A stretch of DNA of 63,126 bases, the filler included. It is 10 parts of 10 records of this genome, joined end to end, with 100 filler letters (N's around TTAATTAATTAA, not from the genome) between each part and the next. Parts side by side here need not be neighbours in the genome. Positions count along the whole stretch, not along the records: positions 42,362 to 47,996 come from SRR31147125_140968; positions 48,097 to 55,781 come from SRR31147125_141331; 8 more parts are not named here. One strand, given 5' to 3'. Position numbers and translations under genes: made by a program. Under the pieces are notes generated by a model. It was not told the DNA's origin. It saw only the letters and a program-made list of their open reading frames with translations, and did no database searches. Below, piece by piece: positions 43,283 to 52,999 of this stretch; within the stretch, counting starts at the first letter, position 1, and each line of letters opens with the position of its first letter.

Positions 43283-43811
43283 TCAATCGCCGTCGTATGA
43301 CTCATTGCCATATTCAGCTTCGGCCTCATTGAGCGCATCAATCCAGTCCTGCATTGGATCAGGCGCGCTATCGTCATTACTGGGCTGAACAAAGCGGCCA
43401 AACTCATCCGGAAAGCGACGCTCTAAAATCCACGCAGACGGGACCCAGTTCGGTAATGTCTCCCTCGTGATTGTCTTTTTTCTCAACGATGACCTTTTTG
43501 ATATCCCCGGTGGCAGGATCACGCTGGGGACGTTCGATTACATGTTCTTCGGTATACTTTCTGCCGCCCTGGGCTGCTGCATTAATATTTTGAAGGTGCC
43601 ATAGCCGGGCTTTCACGTTGGCCCTTTTTAAGGCATCGTAAAACTCGACAAAGCGACCGCTTTTTGCTTTTTCCCCTTTGGCCTTCCATGCATAAAAAGT
43701 AGCAGGATGGATTCCAGCGAACCGAGCACTTTGTTCGTAGGTAAGCCCTGAGGCTACTCCTTTGCAGATCATTGCAATAGTCTCAGGTGTCAATTTAGTC
43801 TTTCTTGCCAT
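43283..43811 (-). CDS. Terminase small subunit-like HTH protein; one-base frameshift near 43478
   Basis: MARKTKLTPE, AGIH.ATFY.W...G and F.EF.DA.KRA. The shifted C-terminus contains W..SAWILERRFPDEFGR. Confidence 0.65.
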
Positions 43812-43871
43812 AATGGATTTCTCCTTTTCTGATTTGGAATTTTGCTTTGAAATTAAGTGGTAGAGATATGG

Positions 43872-44018
43872 TATATTATATATAGTGCAGTACTGTGGGT
43901 AAGCCGTAGGGGAACGGAAAAATGGGCGTTTCCTGCGTTTACGACTTACCTACAGGAAAGTCGTTGGTCATTTACGGCTTACCTGTGGTACTGCGTAACG
44001 ACTTTCCTGTGGTACTGC
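43872..44018. repeat. Iteron-like repeat cluster with AT-rich flank (putative replication origin)
   Basis: Five copies of ACGRCTTWCCY: direct at 43941, 43974 and 43998, inverted at 43954-43964 and 43897-43907. Three extend to related 21-mers ending GTACTGC. TATATTATATATA lies at 43872. Confidence 0.65.
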
Positions 44019-44027
44019 TTATTTTTT

Positions 44028-44479
44028 TCATGCATTGCCTTTCTTTCCATGGGTCTGCCATCCAGCTTTCCCGTTCTTTTGCGGCTCTCTGATAACCTGC
44101 CCAGGTGTCCACGCCCGCCAATCCTCGGTGATTGAATAAATACTAAAATCACCTTTGTGCTTTCCCCCGTATTGATTGACCTCTATGAAGCCATGTGCCA
44201 AGAGCTGTTGAAAGGCACTCCAAATGGTTTTATCTGAGTACCCCAGGCGTTCCCTAATGTCAGCGTAAGGCAATACGATATTATGCCGGTTGCGAATGTC
44301 AGGCTGATATTTTCCTTCTTCTTTTGGCTGGACATCTTGATTTCAAAATATAGCTGGGTCAAAATCTCTTTGGATGCCGGTTTCAGTTCCCTGAATGCCA
44401 TTGACATAAAGAGTTCATAAGTCAGATAGGCCGGGAATTTTTGTGATTTCAAGTCCCGTATTTTCCGTTCTGTCGCCAA
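44028..44479 (-). CDS. Winged-helix protein, putative replication initiator; one-base frameshift near 44314
   Basis: GGAGG RBS and TTG start. It reads S.AFRELKPASKEIL.QL, then after the shift IVLPYADIRERLGYSDKTIWSAFQQLLAHGFIEV..YGG. Confidence 0.55.
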
Positions 44480-44504
44480 AGGAGTTCCTCCATATTTTGC
44501 CGCC

Positions 44505-44579
44505 AAAATAAAAAGGCCTGCGTGTACTGAGATGGCGACATTCCCAGTATGCCCCGTTGCAATCAGGACCACGCAGGCC
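44505..44579 (-). ncRNA. Three-way-junction structured RNA followed by a U-tract
   Basis: A perfect 10-bp closing stem (GGCCUGCGUG/CACGCAGGCC) encloses two hairpins, GUCCUG-AUUGCAA-CGGGGC and UACUGGGA-AUGUCGCCA-UCUCAGUA, followed by UUUUUAUUUU. Confidence 0.6.
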
Positions 44580-44688
44580 GTATGAAGACAAGCACACTGA
44601 TCAGGTGGGCTATGTCTCAAACTAAAAACCCGTGGAAAGGCTTGATGGCTCCCCACGGATTTTGAAATACTGATTTTAGGTTTGTTGT

Positions 44689-44889
44689 TTAGCTTCGTAA
44701 GGCATCCATTAGGGTAGACCTTTTCAATTTGAGCCAACCTGAATTTTCATTCAATAGGCTGGGGACAGTCATTCCCAATATTCGGCCTATAACCTCACTC
44801 CTGCTCTGGCCTACCTGGGCGGCCAGGCGGTCAACGTCATTTTTAAGATGGGGTCGGATTGCCAAGGACGTAGTTTGTTTTGCTGCCAT
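44689..44889 (-). CDS. Ribbon-helix-helix (CopG-like) DNA-binding protein
   Basis: TTSLAI...LKNDVDRLAAQVGQSRSEVI; AGGAG RBS. Confidence 0.7.
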   Translation of the reverse strand: MAAKQTTSLAIRPHLKNDVDRLAAQVGQSRSEVIGRILGMTVPSLLNENSGWLKLKRSTLMDALRS

Positions 44890-44931
44890 GTTGATCTCCT
44901 AATATGATGAGTTCTTGTTATGGTATCGCCA

Positions 44932-44973
44932 AATAAAAAACCCGCCTGTCCATACTTGATGGATACAGGCGGG
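44932..44973 (-). terminator. Intrinsic terminator/attenuator upstream of the RHH gene
   Basis: Minus strand CCCGCCTGT..ACAGGCGGG followed by TTTTTTATTT. Confidence 0.7.
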
Positions 44974-45057
44974 CCTGAAAGGGGATGGATGCCCCGATAT
45001 GATTCAATTTTAAAGGAGCAGTTCTCATTGCGCCTTTTGTAAGTATTACACTCCTAT

Positions 45058-45582
45058 TTAAAAAGTTTTTCTTACATGGAAAGAGGTGATGATGTCTGTG
45101 GAACTTGTGAAACGCTTATTAAATCTGATTATAAATTTTTTATATTTTTTTTGCTGCGCTATAAAAAATACGGGCTGCCCGTATATGGAAATCAGCTCAG
45201 ACATATGGATGCGCTCAAGAAGTTTTCGAGCTGGGCCTGTAGGCTTTGACCTGCCGCATTCCCAGTCTTCAATTGTTCGTGGCGACACTCCAAGTTCTTC
45301 ACCAAGAGTTTTAACACTCCACTCGCGCCATTTACGGATCGTCTTTACCGCGTCTGGCAAATTATCCCAGTCCACGGGGCCATAAAAACCGTCTTGATAG
45401 CCTTTTTTGCCACTGGGTGGAGCTTTTGCCTTCATATTTCCGAAATGCCGTTTTGAAAGCCTGATATCACCAGGGACCCATTGATACCTAAGCCTCAATC
45501 CCTTAACGTACCACTCCCAATAGGAAGTATCGTCTTGGGATTCGGCGATTTTTAACTGTTCTTTGTAAGCTGATTCTTTCAT
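45058..45582 (-). CDS. XRE-family HTH protein
   Basis: VKTIRKWREWSVKTLGEELGVSPRTIEDWECGRSKP; the 3' end is uncertain. Confidence 0.75.
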   Translation of the reverse strand: MKESAYKEQLKIAESQDDTSYWEWYVKGLRLRYQWVPGDIRLSKRHFGNMKAKAPPSGKKGYQDGFYGPVDWDNLPDAVKTIRKWREWSVKTLGEELGVSPRTIEDWECGRSKPTGPARKLLERIHMSELISIYGQPVFFIAQQKKYKKFIIRFNKRFTSSTDIITSFHVRKTF

Positions 45583-45616
45583 ATGCTTTGCTTAGCTCTC
45601 CCAGGAATCCCCTGCA

Positions 45617-45956
45617 TTAAGGTTTTTGAACCGTTGCCTTCTTATTGCCTTGCGTATCATAAATATTAAGGCGCTTGCCAGACTGCTTGACACTGCCTTT
45701 ATATCTGTCCTGGGCATCAAAGATGGCACCGGCCTTGATACGGCCCTTCAATTTGTCGTCAGGGCCGTAAATATCTTGACGGCTGCCCTTGTGCCTACTT
45801 TCTCCCAAGAGCTTGAACTCAGGTGAATAGCATACCTCACGGCCATTTTCTTTAACAGTCCTACCCTTGATATCCATGCCGATTATATACCACCTCACCG
45901 GCATGAATACCGGACGCTATCAGCCCAAAAACCAATATGGCAATCAGCCGCTTCAC
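45617..45956 (-). CDS. Small exported beta-repeat protein (probable frameshift near 45880)
   Basis: GTG-MKRLIAILVFGLIASGIHA signal peptide in one frame; repeated (I/Y)Y/FD..(G/D)..KG.(I/V) units in the adjacent frame. Confidence 0.45.
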
Positions 45957-46118
45957 TTAGTCAGCATTCTCCAGGGTAACGCGGATTGCTTCGGCCTGCC
46001 CCGCAATGACCACGCTGCCGGTATCCGGATTAACAAATACTCTGGGGTGGGCAGTCGGTACAAGGCTCTCATCCATTCCAACGGTTTCAGCGGCTGTGTT
46101 TTCAATCGTGTAATCCAT
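45957..46118 (-). CDS. 53-aa hypothetical protein (absent from the ORF track)
   Basis: AGGAG RBS, then MDYTIENTAAETVG...RVTLENAD*, with the stop abutting the next GTG. Confidence 0.55.
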   Translation of the reverse strand: MDYTIENTAAETVGMDESLVPTAHPRVFVNPDTGSVVIAGQAEAIRVTLENAD

Positions 46119-46163
46119 GGTTCGGCTCCTTAGTTCTGCGTGTAATCGGCCACAATGGCCGGG

Positions 46164-46349
46164 TTATTTGTCTCTATACATAGGCGTATTTTCCATTTGC
46201 TCAAGTTTGGCCTGGGCCTGTTCGTCTCCGGCCTCTGCCTTTTCTTTCAGGCGGCCAGCCCTAATCCAATCGCTGTTTGCCTCATCTGCGGCCAGATTAA
46301 TTACCAATCGGCCTTTTTCATCCCTGGAAATCGGTTTAATTTGTTTCAT
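46164..46349 (-). CDS. 61-aa hypothetical protein
   Basis: GGAGG RBS directly after the integrase stop. Confidence 0.6.
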   Translation of the reverse strand: MKQIKPISRDEKGRLVINLAADEANSDWIRAGRLKEKAEAGDEQAQAKLEQMENTPMYRDK

Positions 46350-46361
46350 CAGTCCTCCTAA

Positions 46362-47996
46362 TTAATGCTTCGTAAAACGGGATTTTTTTAGATGCTCCAG
46401 ATTTACCGCATAATTGAGCTTTAAGACCGTTTCATTATACAAGACCTCCACCGAATATCTCTTACCATACCGCCCCATGGTCTCTCCCTGGACTGCATGA
46501 CCGGTAAGTTCATCAATGAGGGTCTCGGTTATAAGTTGCTGTTTCAGGTTATCAGACAAGGTGTGCCGGAATGAATGGAATACCAGTTGTTTAGAATCTA
46601 TGCCGCATTTCTGCTTGAATCTGCCAAACCATTTGGTGGCCTTGTGTCCATAGTTGAAATTCTGGTAGGGCAGTTCCGGGAACAGTCTGGTTTCGCCTCT
46701 GTCCCTCATGGTCTGTACATGGCCCATAAAGTTCAGTTCATCGACTATGAAGGGGTGAAGGGGGACCGTCCGCATAGAGGCCGTATTCTTGATGGAGACC
46801 TCCTTGTCCTGGGAATCTTCCTGCATAACCAGGGAGGGAATACCGTCTATCTCCTGAACGTCTTCAAGCCTCAACTGGCACAACTCGTTTATCCTGGCCC
46901 CAGTGTATAGACCCAGGACAGGAAGCCAGAACTGATAGGATTCTTTGAAGGTGTCCTCTCTGTACTCTGGGGAACCGAACAGGGACAGCAAATCAGCCGG
47001 TGTAAAGGCCTTTCGGATCTGGTCTGGCCTCTGGTTCCTATTGACCTTTATTTTGGCCCCATCGGCGTAATTTGCGGGCATATAACCGTTCCCTACACAC
47101 CATTTAAAGAATGCTCCAAGGGCCGTGATATAGCCGTTTATGGTGCTTACGCTGATCGTCTCAAAGCCCTTTGTCTGGTTTATCTCGATGATTTCAGGGA
47201 CCGTCTTGCCTTTGAATACTCCCTTCTTGTTCATGCCGGACGGTAACTCCATGAGGGTCTCCTTGATATGCCGGACCGTGGCATGGTCTACAGAATCAAT
47301 GGGCTTGTCTTCTCCAAGAATCTGCTTAAAGATGGTGAAGTATCCGGTGTATTGCTTGTGGGTCCTGGGTTTCCAGGTATTGGCCCTTTGGTTTTCCTTG
47401 AACCATTTGTCGATGAGAGAGCCTATTGAGGGACCTGTGGGCTTCGATGGTTCTTCGGCTGCTACAGGGACGTTAGGAGGGGAGGGGCTTGGGGCGGGTC
47501 AGTCGGATAGGCGGCCAGGGTTTGCGCCTCAACGGGGCTGGTATAATTGCCTAAAAGACGCTCCTTTTCAATCTCATTGAGCGCCTGCCTGAGCTTCAAA
47601 AGCTCCCATGCAGTGTATCTGTAAAGGTCGCTGTCTTGGGGCATGGCCGGGAGTTGTTCTGAATTTAGGAAATCATTTATCTGGGCATTGTCATTCAGAC
47701 CGGGCCGACCTTGAAGCTGGTCCTTTATATCCAAAGATTCCATAGCAAGTGCCATATCGGGCTTGATTCGCTGTCCTGTGGGAGTACTGTCTGGTCCTAT
47801 CACCGGGCCGCCGTATGGCTGCCTAAAGCCGCCGCCGTATGGGTCCATGCTGGCCAGCCGGACTTGTTCATTGCCTTCAAGGATTTTTCTGAGGTACCGG
47901 CCCAGGGCTGCCCTAATTTCCGCTTTTGAAATACCGTTCATTGCTGCCTTGCTCTTTTTCATGAAATCATTTACTCCTGTGGCAAGCTGGGCGGCT
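46362..47996 (-). CDS. Tyrosine recombinase/integrase (5' truncated; one-base frameshift in a C-rich tract near 47470-47500)
   Basis: WLPVLGLYTGARINELCQL, IKNTASMR.VPLH, FHSFRHT, LTGH and RYG supply the R-K-H-R-H-Y catalytic set. The frame is open upstream to about 47470. Confidence 0.9.
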
Positions 47997-48096
47997 NNNN
48001 NNNNNNNNNNNNNNNNNNNNNNNNNNNNNNNNNNNNNNNNTTAATTAATTAANNNNNNNNNNNNNNNNNNNNNNNNNNNNNNNNNNNNNNNNNNNN

Positions 48097-50075
48097 GGAC
48101 TTCCACAACTTCAACACCTACTACCGCAAGGATGAGCGTTATGTCGTCGTAGGCTTCACGGCCACGCAGATCCCCAAGATTGAGGGACGCACCTACCCGC
48201 CCTCGCTTTCGGGACCCCTGTATCCCAAGGTGCGTGAATTGATAACACCCTCTTCCCATTTACTGATGACTTCCTATGTAGGGTCTTCCTATCTGGCGTG
48301 AGGAGGACTTGGAAGACATTGTCAAGCGCGAAAAGGTTGATACCTGCGTCATGGCCTACTCAGATCTTTCCTACGACTGGGTCATGCAGCGGTACGTCTA
48401 GTGTCGAGTGATCTTTCCTCTTATAAGCGAGATTATCCAGATCGGCACGCGTCCTGGCCTGTGGTTGTGATTTCAAGCTTATGGGATGGGAGAACACCAT
48501 GGTGAAGAGCACCAAGCCCGTAGTAGCAGGTACATTGTTGCTGTTGTCGTCAAGAGGACCACAGGGAACTGATGACTTGGTTTCTAGTTACGGCCATCCG
48601 CACAGGGTGTGGCAAGAGCCAGACCTCGCGATACGTGGCGGAGCAGCTCAAGAAGAACGGCCTCAAGCCCGTTGTGTGCCGTCACCCAATGCCCTATGGC
48701 AATCTGGTTGCTCAGGCCGTCCAACGCTTTGGAACCTATGACGATCTTGTGAAGCACAATGTTCGTAGGTCGTGTAAGAAGTCGCGTCGTTGTTATCTGA
48801 TGAGACAGCCCAGGTGACGATTGAGGAGCGCGAGGAGTACGAGCAACACATCGACGCGGGTACCGTCGTGTTCGCTGGTGTCGACTATGAGAGGATTCTC
48901 CGTGAGGCTGAGAAGGAGGTACGGGATGCGTGTATGTTATATGTATAACGAACCGGCTGGCCTTCCTAGGCCGATGTGGTCATCTGGGATGGTGGTAACA
49001 ATGACACTCCCTTCTTCCGACCGGACCTCTGGATCGTCGTGGCTGGTTTGTGCACGTGGAAAAAAACAGAAATGGTCTGCTTTGACGCTTGGATCCACAG
49101 ACCCTCACCGTGCGGGGCACGAACTGAAGTACTACCCGGGTGATGTGAACTTCCGATGTGCGAACATCATCGAGATCAACAAGGCAAACACGGCCCCCGC
49201 TGGCTCCATCGACAAAATCCTTGCGAATGCCAAGATGGTGTACGTATTGATGTTCGTGTGCCTAGTACGGTCGGTACTCACGATTGTGTCGCACCAGGAA
49301 CCCCAAGGCAAAGATCATCATCACCAACTCCGAGGTGACAGTCGACACCCCCGATGTCATCAAGGGCAAGAAGTGTGTGTGTGTGGATGATGGTCCCACA
49401 CTTACCCACGGCGAGATGGCCTATGGTGCTGGTCAGGTGAGTGAGTGAATGAGTGTGTGATGACGACGAGGATTCGTGATGAGTGTTGCCGGGCCGGCAT
49501 TAGGTGGCCGCCGAGAAGTACGGCGCCAAGGAAATCATTGATCCCCGGCCCTTCGCAAAGGTTTGGATGTGCAAGAAGCCCGCCCATCTGACTCCCCTGT
49601 TACAGGGATCCATCAAGGGAGTGTTTGAGAAGTTCCCGCACATTGGCAAGCTTATCCCGGCCATGGGCTACTGGGATGAGCAGGTGGGACTGACCTTTCT
49701 TCGCCCGCGTGTACGACTCATGCTCACGACGACATCTATCTGGCACACAGATCAAGGATCTGGAGGATACGATCAACGCCTGCGATGTGGAGGCTGTCAT
49801 CATTGCTACACCCATGGACCTGCGCCGGTGAGCAACGAATTGTTGTTCGTCATCAACCAACCAACGCACACAAACTATTTCGTGTGCCTCAGAGTGGTGA
49901 AGATCACCAAACCGTGTGCCGTGGCTAGCTACAGCGTGGTGGATCGTGAGGCCCCGTTCTTGAGCGCTGAGATCAAGGAGGTTTGTCGTCTCGGCCGGCC
50001 TCGCCTCAACGGAAAGTGTGCCCACTAACATGTATGTGTGCATAGTTCATTAGCAAGACGGTGAAGAAGCAATAG
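48097..50075 (+). CDS. Eukaryotic spliced gene: arginine synthetase (ArcE)-like / cDPG-synthetase-like P-loop protein (5' truncated)
   Basis: Twelve GT-AG introns: 48230-48281, 48392-48440, 48530-48587, 48761-48813, 48919-48969, 49046-49100, 49240-49297, 49437-49503, 49561-49605, 49684-49750, 49828-49892 and 49981-50045. Removing them gives one frame: DFHNFN...TATQIP...RTGCGKSQTSR...RHPMPYG...EEREEYE...WDGGNND...DGPTLTHG...PAMGY. Confidence 0.85.
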
Positions 50076-50671
50076 AGTGCCACCGTGTGCCACCCCGTCT
50101 GTCTGAATGAACTTTCGTGTTCATTTGATTCATTCACCATGGTTGAGACCCGAACGACATGCACGGACTCTCCCCCGCTGGTTTCAGAAGCTCGGCCGTT
50201 GAAGAGGCATGAGTGGACACTAGACTGAGAAGCACTCATGGGCAAGGTCACTGCCCCCGTGTCCCTGGGGACCGTCCTTTCGGCTTGTTGTTGCTGTTGG
50301 CGTCATCGCCGCATATACCAAACTCCAGCAGCAGCCAATCCTATGACAGCCACAATAGGACAGACAATGCAAATCCCAGTGTTTCAGGGACAGTAGCGAA
50401 TCCTGAGGCAATTGCTACGGCTTGTTGTATGCCCAGTAGGGCTATGAAGGTCCAGACGGTGCGACGCATGAGTAGAAAAGGAAGAAGGAAAGAGGGAGGG
50501 GGTAAGGGCAAACCAACAATAACTGAACCAGACCAAGCACAAACATTCTGCAACTGAACTGAAACACACGGATCGACGAAGGCATTCGCTGATACTAACA
50601 CCACCACAAACCCATTCACGGTAGAGATGTTCCATCAATTGAGAAATGTAACACAAGAGCGTTCACTCCCA

Positions 50672-52601
50672 TCACCACCCCGCATTGTAACCCCACAAGG
50701 CCAGCCCGCCTACAACTAAATTCACAAGAAGAAGGGCCGATCCCACAACCAGAATACAGCGCGTCAGAGATTCTACGTTGCTACAGGATCGACCCAAGGC
50801 AAGGGACAGAAGAAGACGCAACGAATGTTCCCCGTCAAGAAGAAACACAGGGGCCATGTTTAAGAGGCCGAGGGCCGCTGAGAACGACACAATGTACCTG
50901 AGAAGAGAGAGATCAGCATCCAGGACAGAAAATGGACGAAATACCTGAGAAGGCGTCCTGCCATTAGTGGTATCCACAAGATCATCGAGGAGCGTGCCAG
51001 GATACGGGGTAAGAAATCGGAGATTAGGACTGAAGAGATCCGTCAGACAGGTAACCCAGAAAGAACCGGGGAACAGACAGACGCACACGAGGAGGCAAGC
51101 CCAAGGGGGTGTCCGGAAAAGAGTAATCGTGTCCCATTCCTCAGGAAGAGCGGGACGATCTGATGTCCTTCGGGGAGTTTCGGAACGAAGCACGAGGGTT
51201 CAGCCTCGTCGCAATCACTGTTGCAAGTACACCGCAGCTCTCCCACAACGAGGCTTGCGCGTGCACATAGCGGCTGCATCTAATTTGGGGCATCATACTC
51301 TACACTGTACACACACGTGCGCACCACTATCGTTGTGTTGTAGTGGAAGCACTGTAGAGGGCCATCGTAGTCGATTTGATCACAACAGCTCAAGTCACTA
51401 TACAACTCTACCAGATCCAGATCCAGTCAGTCCATTCCACTTGACACAGTCCGTACACACGCACCCATGTTGGACGGTGGTGCTCCACAGTATCCAGGGG
51501 CTTCTCTGCCCTGAGATGTCACAAGATTCAGGAAGCAACTCTCCCAGGATTCTTGATCGACAACGGCACACGTCCCCACAGAAACCAGCACATCACCAGG
51601 AAGGATGCGAGATGTCAAGGGGGTTCCCTGATCCGTGTAAAACGACACCTGCCATACAACGGGTCCACCAGCTTACCTCCTCGACTTGAACAACCACAAC
51701 CCCCTCTCCCTGTGAGAAGAGCGGAAAGAACAATACGGGAAGTCCCACCAAGACCAATATCCCCATGAGACTCAGCATCAGGTTGTGCCAAGCTCCTCCA
51801 CAATACACACGAAGCTGTTGCCACGGGGTGTGCGAGGGTGACATATCCTGCGAGATGTGGACGTATGCGCCGGGGAAGATCAACAGCAAAAAAGCACCAC
51901 AGCGGCTGATCTTAATGCCTTGACTGCGAGGACGTGAAGTTTGGTGGATTGCGATGGGTGATTTGCTAGACACACCTTCCTGCTGCGATTGCATGACCAA
52001 ACTCATGAAACGCAACACAGATCAACAGGGAGAGCCACAAATATCCCATCTGGCTCAGAGGTAGGTTCACACCGGGAATCTGCCCACGCACAATGTCGTC
52101 ATTCCAGCCAAAGTTCATACAGAGACCGTTCGTACGACAGGGGTAAGGAGTTGAGGTGTCGTGGCGGGGGCGAAGAGGAGACGACTCAAGTTGACGACGA
52201 GCAGAAGAACAGAGCCCAGTAATCCCACCACCCCAAAGCCCACACCTGCAGAGAACCTTTGTAGCCAGGCACGGCACACTATTGTCACACACACACACAT
52301 CCCACACACCGCACACACATCGTCGCCGTCGTCACATACCAAGGGAGGAGCCAAGAGGCGTGGCGCTTACCAAATGTGTACAAGAAAGTGTTGAACGACG
52401 TTGTGTACCACCCCACAAACCCAAAGGAGACCCTAATATGATGATGGAGAAGCCACTGTTGGAACGGTGTACCACGACGTCTCTGTGTGGGATAGGTGTG
52501 TTAGGTTGGACAGACAGGCTGAACCAACCCGGTACCTCGATCTGTTTAAACACGAGAAACGCGGCACCCCAGAGCACAAGCACCCACGCAAGCAGATGCA
52601 T
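50672..52601 (-). CDS. Eukaryotic spliced gene: site-2 protease (MBTPS2-like, M50 peptidase); exons not fully mapped
   Basis: IPGVNLP...LICVAFHEFGHAIAA (HExxH), FPGAYV, LRVYCGGAWHN and LLNMAPVFLLDG motifs are spread over several frames separated by intron-like segments. Confidence 0.8.
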
Positions 52602-52999
52602 TGGAACGAGGACAAAAAACTCAGAGGAGAATGAAGGGCGATCCTATTCAACGCACAATCAATCAACCAACCCACCAACCAATCAATTCATCAATCAATT
52701 CAGCCCCAATTCCCCTTTCCATTTCCATTCCTGTGGTCCACCTTCTGGACTTCCTTTTTAGGAAGTTCCATAGGCTGTGGGTATAAAAGTGCGTCGTCCT
52801 AATCCCTCGTTACCCCGACAAATGGAAAATGAGACGGTCTTTTTCCTCCTTCGTGCCTTGTTGGGCGTGTGTGGGGGGGTGTTCTCTTCATTGGAACACA
52901 GCAAACCAGGCACATTTCAACGTCTAAGAGGTTGAGGGAGTAAGTGCTAAGTGCGTGGTTGCGATAAAAACCCCGAACGTGTGAATCGTATTGCTTGCA

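Larger units (their letters stand above)
42362..47996 (-). mobile_element. Integrative phage-satellite-like element (both ends missing)
   Basis: Co-oriented integrase, small ORFs, XRE, RHH, Rep-like gene, iterons, TerS-like and scaffold-like genes within 5.6 kb. Confidence 0.6.

Noticed and set aside
43872-44018. 21-bp repeats as a mini CRISPR array
   Set aside because: The gap between direct copies is only 3 nt, orientations are mixed, and there are no cas genes. They fit iterons better.
50200-50660. Possible small spliced membrane-protein gene between the ArcE-like and S2P genes
   Set aside because: I could not build a consistent exon chain
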